Source: Chitinophagaceae bacterium (GTDB lineage: Bacteria; Bacteroidota; Bacteroidia; Cytophagales; Cytophagaceae). From it: a DNA stretch of 64,000 bases. The stretch is taken from NCBI GenBank assembly GCA_028288365.1, contig JAQBNU010000098.1:92134-156133 (forward strand). Reading direction: 5' to 3'. Made by a program: the position numbers and the translations under genes. The notes under the pieces were generated by a model. The model saw only the letters and a program-made list of their open reading frames with translations. It searched no databases and had not been told where the DNA came from. Position 1 is the first letter of the stretch. Every line of letters begins with the position of its first letter. Positions 39,967 through 49,525 of the stretch are shown piece after piece.

Positions 39967-42495
39967 CTAATTAACAACTACTTTCACTTGATCTAACTTC
40001 TGTCCGTTTAATAGTAATTGACAGATGTATAATCCAGGTCGAAGATTTGAGTTGGAGTAAGCTACAGTGTAATTTCCTCCAGCCTGATCTTGTTCAGAAG
40101 CCACAGTACTCACCAATTCTCCTGTACTATTATACAAGAGCACTTTAACTTCTCCAGAAGTATTTAGAGTATAGTTAAAATTAGTTGTGCTTGAAAATGG
40201 ATTTGGAAAAGCATTTAAGACATGCGATGTACTTTCCACTGTTGAAGCAGCACTATTACTTGACTCTTCGCTGTCGCTTGCTTCACGTAGGGTAGGAGGT
40301 GTACAGATTCCATTTGTGTTGTATAAAACAGCTTTGATCGTACCGTCTTCAGATACGTAAAATACGTTAGGGTCACGAAAATGTATCGCACCAGCTTGTC
40401 TAAACCAATAGCTATTCGGTCCAATAGGTTGTGAAAGATTTCCATTCATAAAGGAAATTTCCGCTGGAGTATCACCATTTGCTGCAATGAATTGATAAAT
40501 ATTATAATCAGTGGTAGCTGCATAAACTACTCCGGCTTGTTTACCCGTTCCTAAATAACCATTGTATTTTTTTGAAGAAGATACTTTAGTTAATACACCA
40601 GTACTAGCATTGGCCTGATATAAGGCATTGTCAGATCCTACAAAATAAGCATTTCCTGCTACATCTAACTCTAGATCTGAATACTTGCTATATACAAAAT
40701 CACTAAGATTAATAGCATCTAATACTTGTGATTGAGGAGTCGTATTAAATGTAATATTGGTATAAGGTGAAGTCGTGTAATCTATAGCGGCCACTTGTTG
40801 GTTGGTATTCACATAGTAAAGATACTTATTGGTTAATGCCATTTCAGTGCCAGGGAATACAGCGTTTACTATTGGAGAGCTATAATTATTAATTTTAGAA
40901 TACAACTGATTAGACGAGTTGATATAAAATAATATTCCATTACTGTTCAATTTAAAATCTCCTGTAGCTGCCTGAGGACCGGTAACTGGTATAGGAAGAG
41001 ACCAAACATTGCTAGTCGTATTGGTAAAATAAATTTTGCCGTCTGTTGCCCCATAATAAATAGTTTTATTTCCAAGGGTAGGTTCGTATATGGCTAATTG
41101 ACCTGAAGCCTTGGTTTCTGAAATAAGTGCAGAATTTTTCCAGCCTATGTATGGAGTAGTTATAAATTGATAAGTATATAAATTTCCACCTGTATTGTAC
41201 GCGCTTCCTGTACTAACATAATATGGGTTACCCGTTTGATCGGTAATGATATCAGTGAAGTAAGTGTAATTTTCATCTATAACAGGTTTCTCCGTTGCGA
41301 AGTTAGTGAAGAGTTGATAAGCTCCCCAAGATGCATTAGGATCTAGTTTAGTATATGGAATAGGTACAACAGCATAACATCCTTTAGCATCTGTGATTTT
41401 TACACTGATGTTTTCATTCATGATTTCAGTAGTGGTGTAGGACATCGCAGTACAGCCTGTTCCACCGTTTATAGAACAACTTGCATTTGGTTTACTCCAT
41501 GCATACGTATAAGGACCGACTCCTTCTGAAGCATTTATAGTAACAGGAACAGTCACTTCCTTGTATGGACAAATGACCAAACTTAGAGGAGTAATATTTC
41601 TTGCAAAATAGGACTCACCAGGAAAGTTTTCTGTTATGCGGGATACTCCTCCATCGCAAGGTCTAGTAAGAGCCACAGAAGCGAGCCCTGCTAGCTTAGT
41701 TGGATCACCTCCGAAATTTACACGTCCAGAAATAGTATAAAGATTTTTACCTGAAACAGTATTTGTTCCTGCTCCTGTAATAATCCAGTTAGGTGGCAAG
41801 GTCCAAGTAATATTGGTGTTTTTAACATTGTCTGGAATAAAAAATTGAAATGCACCATTGTTTTGACAAGTAGGAACAATAGTCTGATCATTTATCAATA
41901 CAAGAGGATTTGAATTGTCGACACAATCAACATTATAGTCTAACCTTTCTTCGCCATTACCACAAATACCACCTACTCCCATATTTCTGGAATAACAGTG
42001 AATCGAAGCTGTGCTTGCAAATTGATCCCACCTAACTCCAATTCTTACATAAGGGTCCTCTGGTGTTTTGGGTTTCAAAATATCACCGACTATTTTACCG
42101 ACTATTGCAAATATATTTGGGCTAACGGTACCTATTATATTTGTAGGGTCTTCAAAATCAACATCTGGATCGGATTCTGTGTCATACGATGTAACTATGT
42201 AATTATTACTTTGATAATTAAATGCATATACGTTTGCATCTGGATTCAAAATGCGATCATTTACAGAAACAATCGTGCCTCCAGTTATGTCCCAATGTTG
42301 AGTGGCTTCGCCTTTGTGTTCTGAATAATTTATAGAATAATAAATCGTTTTACCTGGGTACCAAGGTTCAGATGCTTCAATATGCATATCCTTGCAAAAT
42401 GGAAAGATACCATGTCCGCCACCACCAGCGTATAGATTGGTTACGCTTAGCAAAAAGAATAAAATGATTGGTGCTTTTAAATAGAGTTTTTTCAT
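39967..42495 (-). CDS. Large T9SS type A C-terminal-domain secreted protein (842 aa)
   Basis: Signal peptide. C-terminal Por_Secre_tail-like segment (NAFPNPFSSTTNFNYTL...VKVLLYNSTGELV...GLYICQLLLNGQKLDQVKVVVN). Confidence 0.75.
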   Translation of the reverse strand: MKKLYLKAPIILFFLLSVTNLYAGGGGHGIFPFCKDMHIEASEPWYPGKTIYYSINYSEHKGEATQHWDITGGTIVSVNDRILNPDANVYAFNYQSNNYIVTSYDTESDPDVDFEDPTNIIGTVSPNIFAIVGKIVGDILKPKTPEDPYVRIGVRWDQFASTASIHCYSRNMGVGGICGNGEERLDYNVDCVDNSNPLVLINDQTIVPTCQNNGAFQFFIPDNVKNTNITWTLPPNWIITGAGTNTVSGKNLYTISGRVNFGGDPTKLAGLASVALTRPCDGGVSRITENFPGESYFARNITPLSLVICPYKEVTVPVTINASEGVGPYTYAWSKPNASCSINGGTGCTAMSYTTTEIMNENISVKITDAKGCYAVVPIPYTKLDPNASWGAYQLFTNFATEKPVIDENYTYFTDIITDQTGNPYYVSTGSAYNTGGNLYTYQFITTPYIGWKNSALISETKASGQLAIYEPTLGNKTIYYGATDGKIYFTNTTSNVWSLPIPVTGPQAATGDFKLNSNGILFYINSSNQLYSKINNYSSPIVNAVFPGTEMALTNKYLYYVNTNQQVAAIDYTTSPYTNITFNTTPQSQVLDAINLSDFVYSKYSDLELDVAGNAYFVGSDNALYQANASTGVLTKVSSSKKYNGYLGTGKQAGVVYAATTDYNIYQFIAANGDTPAEISFMNGNLSQPIGPNSYWFRQAGAIHFRDPNVFYVSEDGTIKAVLYNTNGICTPPTLREASDSEESSNSAASTVESTSHVLNAFPNPFSSTTNFNYTLNTSGEVKVLLYNSTGELVSTVASEQDQAGGNYTVAYSNSNLRPGLYICQLLLNGQKLDQVKVVVN

Positions 42496-42532
42496 AAAAA
42501 TTAGAGTTAAGTAAAATTGTGAATTGAGAGTA

Positions 42533-44128
42533 TTAATTATTGTGTTTGTTTTTGGTTTTTATATAGTAAAAACTTATTATAAATAAAGTCGATAGCGTAC
42601 TTATATAACCTAAATAATCGCCACATAAACTATACACTGTGCGTTGGTTATTTAGTGTAACGTTACTTCTAAAAGCATTTCTTTTGAAGCTGGGGACAGA
42701 AGCCGTTATGTCTCCTCGTTTGTTGATGATGGCGGACTTCCCAGTATTTGCACACCTCACAACACTTCTTCTGTTTTCAATAGCTCTGATACGCGCATAG
42801 GAAAAATGTTGCATGTATCCAGCAGATTCACCCCACCATCCATCGTTTGATAGAATGAAAATGATATTGGCTCCTTTTCTGATATAATTGGCAACATAAT
42901 TTCCAAAAAGTGATTCGTAGCAAATTATCGGTGCTGCTTTTATTCCATCATCTAATGTTAATACTTGTTGAACCTTATCAGCTGTAAGTCCATTGTCCAT
43001 TTTAAATTTTGAACACATATTATTTATAAGTTTGAAATTGATGAGTGGTACTCGCTCGGAAAAAGGTAAAAGTTTGCATTTGCCTTGACTGGTAAATCCC
43101 TTTGTAGGATTTATCATGAGCATACTGTTGTGTAATTCATGATGCCCAATACTTGGTTCATACCGTGTAGGCGTGAAAAAACTGTTTTTGTTAGGTGAAG
43201 CAAAAGCGTAGACTTCTATACCAGTAGTCAAATTAACATCAGGGTGTTTTTTGAAATAAGACTCAAGCTTTTTGTTGGACAGCACTTCTTTCATATCCTC
43301 TTTCCATACTCCCTGAATAATGGCCGTTTCAGGAAATAGAACAACTTTAGTTTTAGGTGTAGTGACAGCATCTGCCAAACCAGTTAAAATGGACATTTGT
43401 TTTTCATAATGGATGTAATGCTCGCCATCAGGAAATTTTTCAGTCAAGGGATTAAAATTAGGTTGCACAACTACCACTTCTACTTCCTTTCCATTCTCTA
43501 CTGTGTTTTTGTAAATCAGTAGTGAGCATATAATAGGTATAGCAATGAAGCCTAGAACACTAATGAGTAGAGGGGACAGGATTTGTCTTTGAGATTTTAA
43601 AAATAAATACAGAAGTATATTGATTCCAAAAATCCAAGTAGAACCACCGAGTACACCAGTATATTCATACCATTGAATGAATTTTGGATAATTGGCAAAT
43701 ACATTTCCTAGTAACAACCAGGGGAAGCTGTAATTGAAATTCAAAGCAATAAACTCGAAGCTGATCCAGATTGATAATAGACTAAGCAAGGAGATAGCTT
43801 CAGAAAATTTGTTTCTCATTTTATAAAAAAACAAGAAGGGTAGAGTCATTAAAAGGGCTTGCCAAATTATGGCAAGCACATACCACCATTGATTATTCAA
43901 TACAAGCCAATAACAAGTACTTCCTACAGTAATAAGAAAAGAGAAGTAGATTAAAGAAAAATATTTCGTCAGTTTTAACTCGCTTGATTTTATAAAAAGT
44001 AAAGGAACGAATGCGATAAACAGTAGAAAAGGAAATCCTAACGGTGGCCATGATGCAAAGAATAACGCACCACTAAGTATTGCTAACCCATAAGAATTTA
44101 AACCTTTGTGATTAATTAGTATGTTCAT
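42533..44128 (-). CDS. lnt: Apolipoprotein N-acyltransferase-like protein (polytopic N-terminus plus CN-hydrolase domain)
   Basis: N-terminal TM helices. CN-hydrolase motifs (VVLFPETA, ICYESLFG, CANTGKSAIINKRGD). Confidence 0.75.
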   Translation of the reverse strand: MNILINHKGLNSYGLAILSGALFFASWPPLGFPFLLFIAFVPLLFIKSSELKLTKYFSLIYFSFLITVGSTCYWLVLNNQWWYVLAIIWQALLMTLPFLFFYKMRNKFSEAISLLSLLSIWISFEFIALNFNYSFPWLLLGNVFANYPKFIQWYEYTGVLGGSTWIFGINILLYLFLKSQRQILSPLLISVLGFIAIPIICSLLIYKNTVENGKEVEVVVVQPNFNPLTEKFPDGEHYIHYEKQMSILTGLADAVTTPKTKVVLFPETAIIQGVWKEDMKEVLSNKKLESYFKKHPDVNLTTGIEVYAFASPNKNSFFTPTRYEPSIGHHELHNSMLMINPTKGFTSQGKCKLLPFSERVPLINFKLINNMCSKFKMDNGLTADKVQQVLTLDDGIKAAPIICYESLFGNYVANYIRKGANIIFILSNDGWWGESAGYMQHFSYARIRAIENRRSVVRCANTGKSAIINKRGDITASVPSFKRNAFRSNVTLNNQRTVYSLCGDYLGYISTLSTLFIISFYYIKTKNKHNN

Positions 44129-44871
44129 TTTGTCTGTGATCTATTTACATTAAAAAATATGCCCAGCTCACAGTCCACAGAATTAAAACCACTATAAACA
44201 TTACTTCGCAAACCTGATGCGTAGAAATAATTTATACTTGCGATTAAACCAATATTATCCTTTAATAAGATTCTACTTTTAAGTCCTATGTTGTATCCTG
44301 TGTTTAAGCCGCTTTCAGAAGATCTATTATATGTATTACCGCTGTTATAAGAAGAGCTATAGGAAGGTTTGCTCATATATGATAAACCAATACCCTGCAC
44401 AATATCTAGCTGCCAGCGCTTCTTTAATAATAGGGTATAGGAGGCACTGATATAAAGCTGTTCTTTTATAAAATTCCCATTTGCCTCAAATGTATAATAG
44501 CTTGGATAACTACCTCTGGTGGTAGACTTGCCTTTATATATGCTACCACTTGTCACTAAACCCATTCCCCATCTTTTACTGAAAAAGTGATGATATCCAA
44601 GTGTAAGTACCGGACCTGCGTATGCTGAAATATCAGATAACTTACCATCGTTTATGTATCCGATAGGTACTGATATTCCTGCGCTTGCAAAGAAATAATC
44701 GGATTGTTTTTGGCCGCCATTCTTTTTGGTGACTATTTCTTGTCCATCAGCTAAATGAAACATTAATGATAACAAGAAGGAGAATAATAAAAATTTGTAT
44801 TGAAGATTGTACTTAACTGTCATCTTTCCTGCGATAAAATGCATACTATATTTATTGAATGAATAAGATTG
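44125..44871 (-). CDS. Outer-membrane beta-barrel protein (porin family)
   Basis: The ORF track extends to 44979. A signal peptide (KFLLFSFLLSLMFHLADGQ) suggests an internal start near 44850-44871. Ser/Gly/Tyr-rich beta-strands. Confidence 0.5.
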   Translation of the reverse strand, partial: QSYSFNKYSMHFIAGKMTVKYNLQYKFLLFSFLLSLMFHLADGQEIVTKKNGGQKQSDYFFASAGISVPIGYINDGKLSDISAYAGPVLTLGYHHFFSKRWGMGLVTSGSIYKGKSTTRGSYPSYYTFEANGNFIKEQLYISASYTLLLKKRWQLDIVQGIGLSYMSKPSYSSSYNSGNTYNRSSESGLNTGYNIGLKSRILLKDNIGLIASINYFYASGLRSNVYSGFNSVDCELGIFFNVNRSQTK

Positions 44872-44920
44872 CGAAGTTAGGATGTGAGTGCATTTATTTG
44901 GCATTCTATTTTCAATAGTA

Positions 44921-45328
44921 TTAATTGTTTGAACATCCAATGGCTTCATTAATCGATTTATGTAAATTCTCAAAATCAAAAGGCTTACAGTGGTACTTGA
45001 AAATTAGTTTTTGACGTACTGCAAGCTCAAGCATTTCCATATTTCTGTATGTTGTAACAGCTATTATAATGGTGTTTTCTAAAATTGGCTTCAGACAAAA
45101 ATCAAGTCCTATTTCTTCCAAAATGGAGTGGTCTATAATCAGGACATTAATCGACTCTTCTATGTGTTTCAGGGCTTCAGTAATAGTAAGACTGCTTATA
45201 GGCTGAAATGCTTCCAGTCTTCTAAAATAAGCTGTGAAGGCATTTAGATTATTTTGTTCTTCGTCCACGTAAAGGATCTTGATTTTGTCCATGGACTCAA
45301 AAGTCAGGAGTAAAAAGCTTTTTGACAA
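44921..45328 (-). CDS. Stand-alone response-regulator receiver domain protein
   Basis: CheY-like pattern (ILYVDEE, IIDHSIL, AVTTY, CKPFD). True start probably MDKIKIL near 45292. Confidence 0.6.
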   Translation of the reverse strand: MSKSFLLLTFESMDKIKILYVDEEQNNLNAFTAYFRRLEAFQPISSLTITEALKHIEESINVLIIDHSILEEIGLDFCLKPILENTIIIAVTTYRNMEMLELAVRQKLIFKYHCKPFDFENLHKSINEAIGCSNN

Positions 45329-45406
45329 TACGGTATATCCCGTATTTACATAAGGGATATACCGTATTTTGCTTTGAAAGGACTATGCCTGAGAAAATAA
45401 GCCGTA

Positions 45407-47608
45407 TTACTTATTAAAAAGTTTGTTGACAAGCTCTGATCGATTTGTTACAGATGCTTTTTTAAGGATGTTCTCGACATGTTTGCCAACTGTCTTGTCA
45501 GAGATGTATAATGAATCTCCGATTGTTTTATAGGTCTGACCTGTCGCCATAAGCTTTGCTATTTCAGTTTCTCTGACCGTTAAAGAAAACTTCTGGCAGT
45601 TTTCTGCAAAAATAGTATCGGGATCACTTATAGTTTTAGGCTCTTCCTCTTCTTTGTCATTTAAATATACTCGAAATGATTTAATAAGAGCTTCACGCTG
45701 TTTTTGGTGGTTTTTAAGAATTGATTCAATCTTTGTAGAAAGCTCATTGAATAAAAAGGGTTTTGCAATATAATCAATAGCACCAAGCGATAAACCTTCT
45801 ACCTTATCCTTAATAGTCCCTTTCGCTGTTAGAAAAATGAATGGAATGTGATTGTATTTTTTATTGCTCGAAATGATTTTATAGAACTCAATACCATTCC
45901 CTTTGTCCATCATCACATCTGAAATGATCAGATCAAGAATTTTAGTTGTTTTGATTTTCGCTAAAGCTTCTTGTCCACCTGTGGCAAAAAGAATATTGTA
46001 TTTTGGTTTTAGCTTAGAATACATATAGTTGAGTAAAGCAATGTTGTCTTCAATCAACATGATAGTTGGCTGCTCGTTATCTTGTATATCAATTTCATCT
46101 TGTAATACTTCCAGATCAAGAGCCTCTTTCTTATCAGAAGAAAAAGGGGTGATAATATCAGATGGATTATTATAATACCGATTGAGTTGTATTATAAACT
46201 CAGTTCCTTCCTTGTTAGGCGGATCACTAATTAACGTGATTTTTCCATTCAAGGAATCGGTGATTTGTTTTACAATGGACAATCCCATACCTAAACCTTG
46301 TGAGTTTTTCTTTTCGGAATTGATTTGATAGTACCCTTCAAAAATTTTCTTGTGAAACTTCGAACGAATACCATGTCCATCATCTTTTACAGAAAAAATA
46401 ATGTTGTTATTATCGTTATGGAGACTTACATTAATTTGTCCTCTTTCTTTACCATATCTGATAGCATTCTCAATAAGGTTGTTTATAATTCTATTTAATG
46501 CTACAGGATCGGCATTGATGTATATGCGATCTTCAATTTCACTCTGAAGAGTCATACCCATTTTCTGGCTATAGGGTTTAAATAATTCGATGCTTTGATT
46601 CAGCAAAGAACTAAAGTCCGCTACCTGACCATGGTTATATATGACAATACCTTTTTTTAATCTTTCTGAGTCAAAAAAGTTAACTATATCTTTTGTCAAT
46701 CGCTCGACATTACTTTTTACAATATTGATTTCTTTATTACCGCCGTATTTTTCAATGTAATCGTTAAGGTAATTATTGATTAAAGTAAGGGGTGTTTTAG
46801 TTTCATGTGCAAGGTTGATGAAAGTATTTGTTTTTTGCTCGTTGGCGAACTCAAGCTCTTTAGTTCTTTCTTTTACTTTTAATTTTAGACTTTCATTCAG
46901 CTCTAATAATTTCCGTTCTGAGTTTAATAACACATTATATTCTTGCTTGGCATCTTGGATAGCTTGGTGAATGAATAGTATTGTCATTACAACAAGACCA
47001 GCATTGGCAAATGAGTTTTCAAGTAATTGACTGCCGTTAAAGAATACAATAATAGGTAAGGATACCCAGAAGATGACACCTATATACATACCCAATATTT
47101 CACGTTTATAGATATGGTCTTTGCTTTCTTTGTTCTTCGCTTGGATGGCTTGTGTCAGAGAGTAAAGAAAAGACAGGGCATAGAAAAAAGGTACGACTAC
47201 TACTATTTTTCTACATAGATCTAAATCACCAGTAAGGTAATAGGGTACAAGGAAAAGTATTAAAAACGGGATAAGCAAAAATACAATCGATCCCCAAAAG
47301 GCATAGAAGCGGAGTTTCGTCAGACTAAACGCTTTATAAAAATAAAACGGAAAGTACATAGACATAAACAGGCCGCCTGAATAGGCAAAGATGTTTTGTA
47401 CAGTAATTGGTAATGGAATATTTGGATCAGGCAAAAAACCACTCACTACATTGTAATAAATCAACAGCGACAATAGGATAAGAAACCATAATCTGTTTTT
47501 GTCGCTTGGTCGAGATAAAAAATAAATTACCTGGAAAAAGAATATAACAAGTTCGAAAAGAAGAATTGTAAATACAGCAATGTGGATTTGAGTTCCAGGT
47601 AAGAGCAT
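45407..47608 (-). CDS. Hybrid sensor: N-terminal 7-TM domain, histidine kinase, receiver and LuxR-type HTH
   Basis: Seven N-terminal hydrophobic helices. H-box LAHETKTP. HATPase motifs (DDGHGI, GLGMGLSIVK). Receiver (MLIEDN...DVMMD...LTAKG). C-terminal LuxR HTH (TVRETEIAKLMATGQTYKTIGDSLYISDKTVGKHV). Confidence 0.85.
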   Translation of the reverse strand: MLLPGTQIHIAVFTILLFELVIFFFQVIYFLSRPSDKNRLWFLILLSLLIYYNVVSGFLPDPNIPLPITVQNIFAYSGGLFMSMYFPFYFYKAFSLTKLRFYAFWGSIVFLLIPFLILFLVPYYLTGDLDLCRKIVVVVPFFYALSFLYSLTQAIQAKNKESKDHIYKREILGMYIGVIFWVSLPIIVFFNGSQLLENSFANAGLVVMTILFIHQAIQDAKQEYNVLLNSERKLLELNESLKLKVKERTKELEFANEQKTNTFINLAHETKTPLTLINNYLNDYIEKYGGNKEINIVKSNVERLTKDIVNFFDSERLKKGIVIYNHGQVADFSSLLNQSIELFKPYSQKMGMTLQSEIEDRIYINADPVALNRIINNLIENAIRYGKERGQINVSLHNDNNNIIFSVKDDGHGIRSKFHKKIFEGYYQINSEKKNSQGLGMGLSIVKQITDSLNGKITLISDPPNKEGTEFIIQLNRYYNNPSDIITPFSSDKKEALDLEVLQDEIDIQDNEQPTIMLIEDNIALLNYMYSKLKPKYNILFATGGQEALAKIKTTKILDLIISDVMMDKGNGIEFYKIISSNKKYNHIPFIFLTAKGTIKDKVEGLSLGAIDYIAKPFLFNELSTKIESILKNHQKQREALIKSFRVYLNDKEEEEPKTISDPDTIFAENCQKFSLTVRETEIAKLMATGQTYKTIGDSLYISDKTVGKHVENILKKASVTNRSELVNKLFNK

Positions 47609-47609
47609 G

Positions 47610-48188
47610 TTAGTTTACAAATGACCTTTTAAAAATAAAAAGCTTGTAACCCAAATCAAGTTCTTTGGTTACTTTAAAATTGAACTTCTGATACCAGGGA
47701 ATATTTGTAAGTGTAGAAGTTTCAAGGTAGATGTCTCTCATCTCTTCAACACTCTTTTGTATGACTGACTTGATTAGATTGCTCCCAATGCCTTTGTTCT
47801 GACTGTCTGGGTTAACCCCAAGAAACCATAGATAACACATAGGTGTTTTTGGATGATTGCTTTTGATCAAAGCTTCTCGTTTCAATACCTTTCCAATTCT
47901 TGTAATGCCTATACAGTTAAAAGCTAACTTAGCATCCCAATAGATACTTTTCAGATTTGTTTTCTTTTTTTCTGGATATAGAAGCAAAGCACAACCTTGT
48001 TTATCTTCCGATAGGTATACCTCTCCAAACATGAAACAAATTTCAAAAGAGTATTCCATCAAAACTCTAATTCTTTCTAGTCTTTGCGCATCTTGTTTTG
48101 CGACAAAGTTTACGCTTTTATTGGAGTCAAAAGATTTTGATAGAATATCTACGATTAGAGATTTGTCTTTGAAGTTTGCCTTAACCAT
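47610..48188 (-). CDS. GNAT-family N-acetyltransferase
   Basis: Acetyl-CoA-binding motif-A-like segment QNKGIGSNLIKSVIQ. Stop is 2 nt from the hybrid kinase start. Confidence 0.6.
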   Translation of the reverse strand: MVKANFKDKSLIVDILSKSFDSNKSVNFVAKQDAQRLERIRVLMEYSFEICFMFGEVYLSEDKQGCALLLYPEKKKTNLKSIYWDAKLAFNCIGITRIGKVLKREALIKSNHPKTPMCYLWFLGVNPDSQNKGIGSNLIKSVIQKSVEEMRDIYLETSTLTNIPWYQKFNFKVTKELDLGYKLFIFKRSFVN

Positions 48189-48929
48189 TGTGTTATATCT
48201 GTTCTATTGAACTGAAATTTACTAAAGTTTGATTAACTACAGAAATTAAGGTGTTTGAACGTGTTTTATCTATTAGCTATAAACCGATGGAAGAGTCATT
48301 ACTAAATGAATTGGTTAGAGTATTAGAGGCTGTTTTGTTCTCTCTGTTTGAGTTCGATGATCGAGATAGATTTTCGTAATATCTTCTTTCGTACCGTGTT
48401 TCATCGTATACTGATATTCCCATGAATCTTTTAAATCTCGTGTATCAGACACTATATTTTTATTGTTGTATGTTATCGATTATATCCACTTCAGGATATC
48501 CAACATTATAATAGTCTACATATTTACCTGAATAATTGAGCAATTTTAGTAGTACCCTATTAAACAATGATTCATAAGCATGGGATAGCTTTATTGCTTT
48601 TTTAATTATATTAGACTTATGCTGCTATTATAATGGGGATTATTATCCAGCAGGAATGATGGTATTGGACGTGCCGGTGACTCTGCCGGTTTAATGTGAC
48701 CACCTTTAGCAAGTCCAAACTGACCACCTATTTTATTCCTAAATGTGGTTAAGAGGAGTTTTGAGGGATTATTTCTGTGATTTAATAAGATCTATCCTAG
48801 TATGCTTTATAGGTATCTGGGTATTGGAATGCATTTATGGCAATGTATTAAGGGAGATAGTATAGGGGGAGATCTAATGGATTTGAGGTGTGGTTGTGAT
48901 AGTAAATACACTTGACACCAAATTAGTTA

Positions 48930-49496
48930 GTGCCAAGTGCCATTGTGCCAAGCTAGTTAAAATGATTTTTATGCGTTTTTATGATACCATGTTTACAAAG
49001 GTGGGCTATTACTATCTCTAATAACTGTAGTTGTTTCTCAGAACTTATATTCTTACGTATGTCTTCTATTCCGTTATGTTATCTGAAGTGGTCCATTTCT
49101 CATTAGCTGGCCTCATACTTGCGTTTATTCTCTGCATTGCTTTTACATAATAGATTTCTTCGACCATATATAAAGAACTAATCCAATCAATTTTATTATC
49201 AGGACATTCTTCATTAATTATTTTAGCAAGTTTTAATAAAATCGTCTGGTTCTATCCATGTTTTATCATGTAATTGATGAATCCATACTGAAATACCTCT
49301 CTCTTTTGATCCCATTATTAATGGCAACTCGCTTCTCCTGATGCTATAAATGCAATCTTCTGAACCGTATATGTGAAACGCTATATCCTTTTGTTTTTTA
49401 ATTATGTTCATATTTTTAATAGTTTAGATTAGTTTGTGATGATTCTACCTGAATGATTTTTATTCTAAATCCATTTGGCACTTGGCACTATGGCAC
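48930..49496. repeat. Imperfect inverted repeats built from GTGCCA(A/T) units, flanking a degenerate region
   Basis: GTGCCAAGTGCCATTGTGCCAAG at 48930-48952 and TTGGCACTTGGCACTATGGCAC at 49475-49496, whose reverse complement is GTGCCATAGTGCCAAGTGCCAA. Confidence 0.6.
49075..49411 (-). pseudogene. Frameshifted gene remnant
   Basis: The 62-aa ORF (MNIIKKQKD...DDFIKTC) continues in another frame as KIINEECPDNKIDWISSLYMVEEIYYVKAMQRINASM... The whole 48.2-49.5 kb stretch has no intact ORF. Confidence 0.4.
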
Positions 49497-49525
49497 TTTC
49501 TCCAATCAATACAACTTATCCATCT

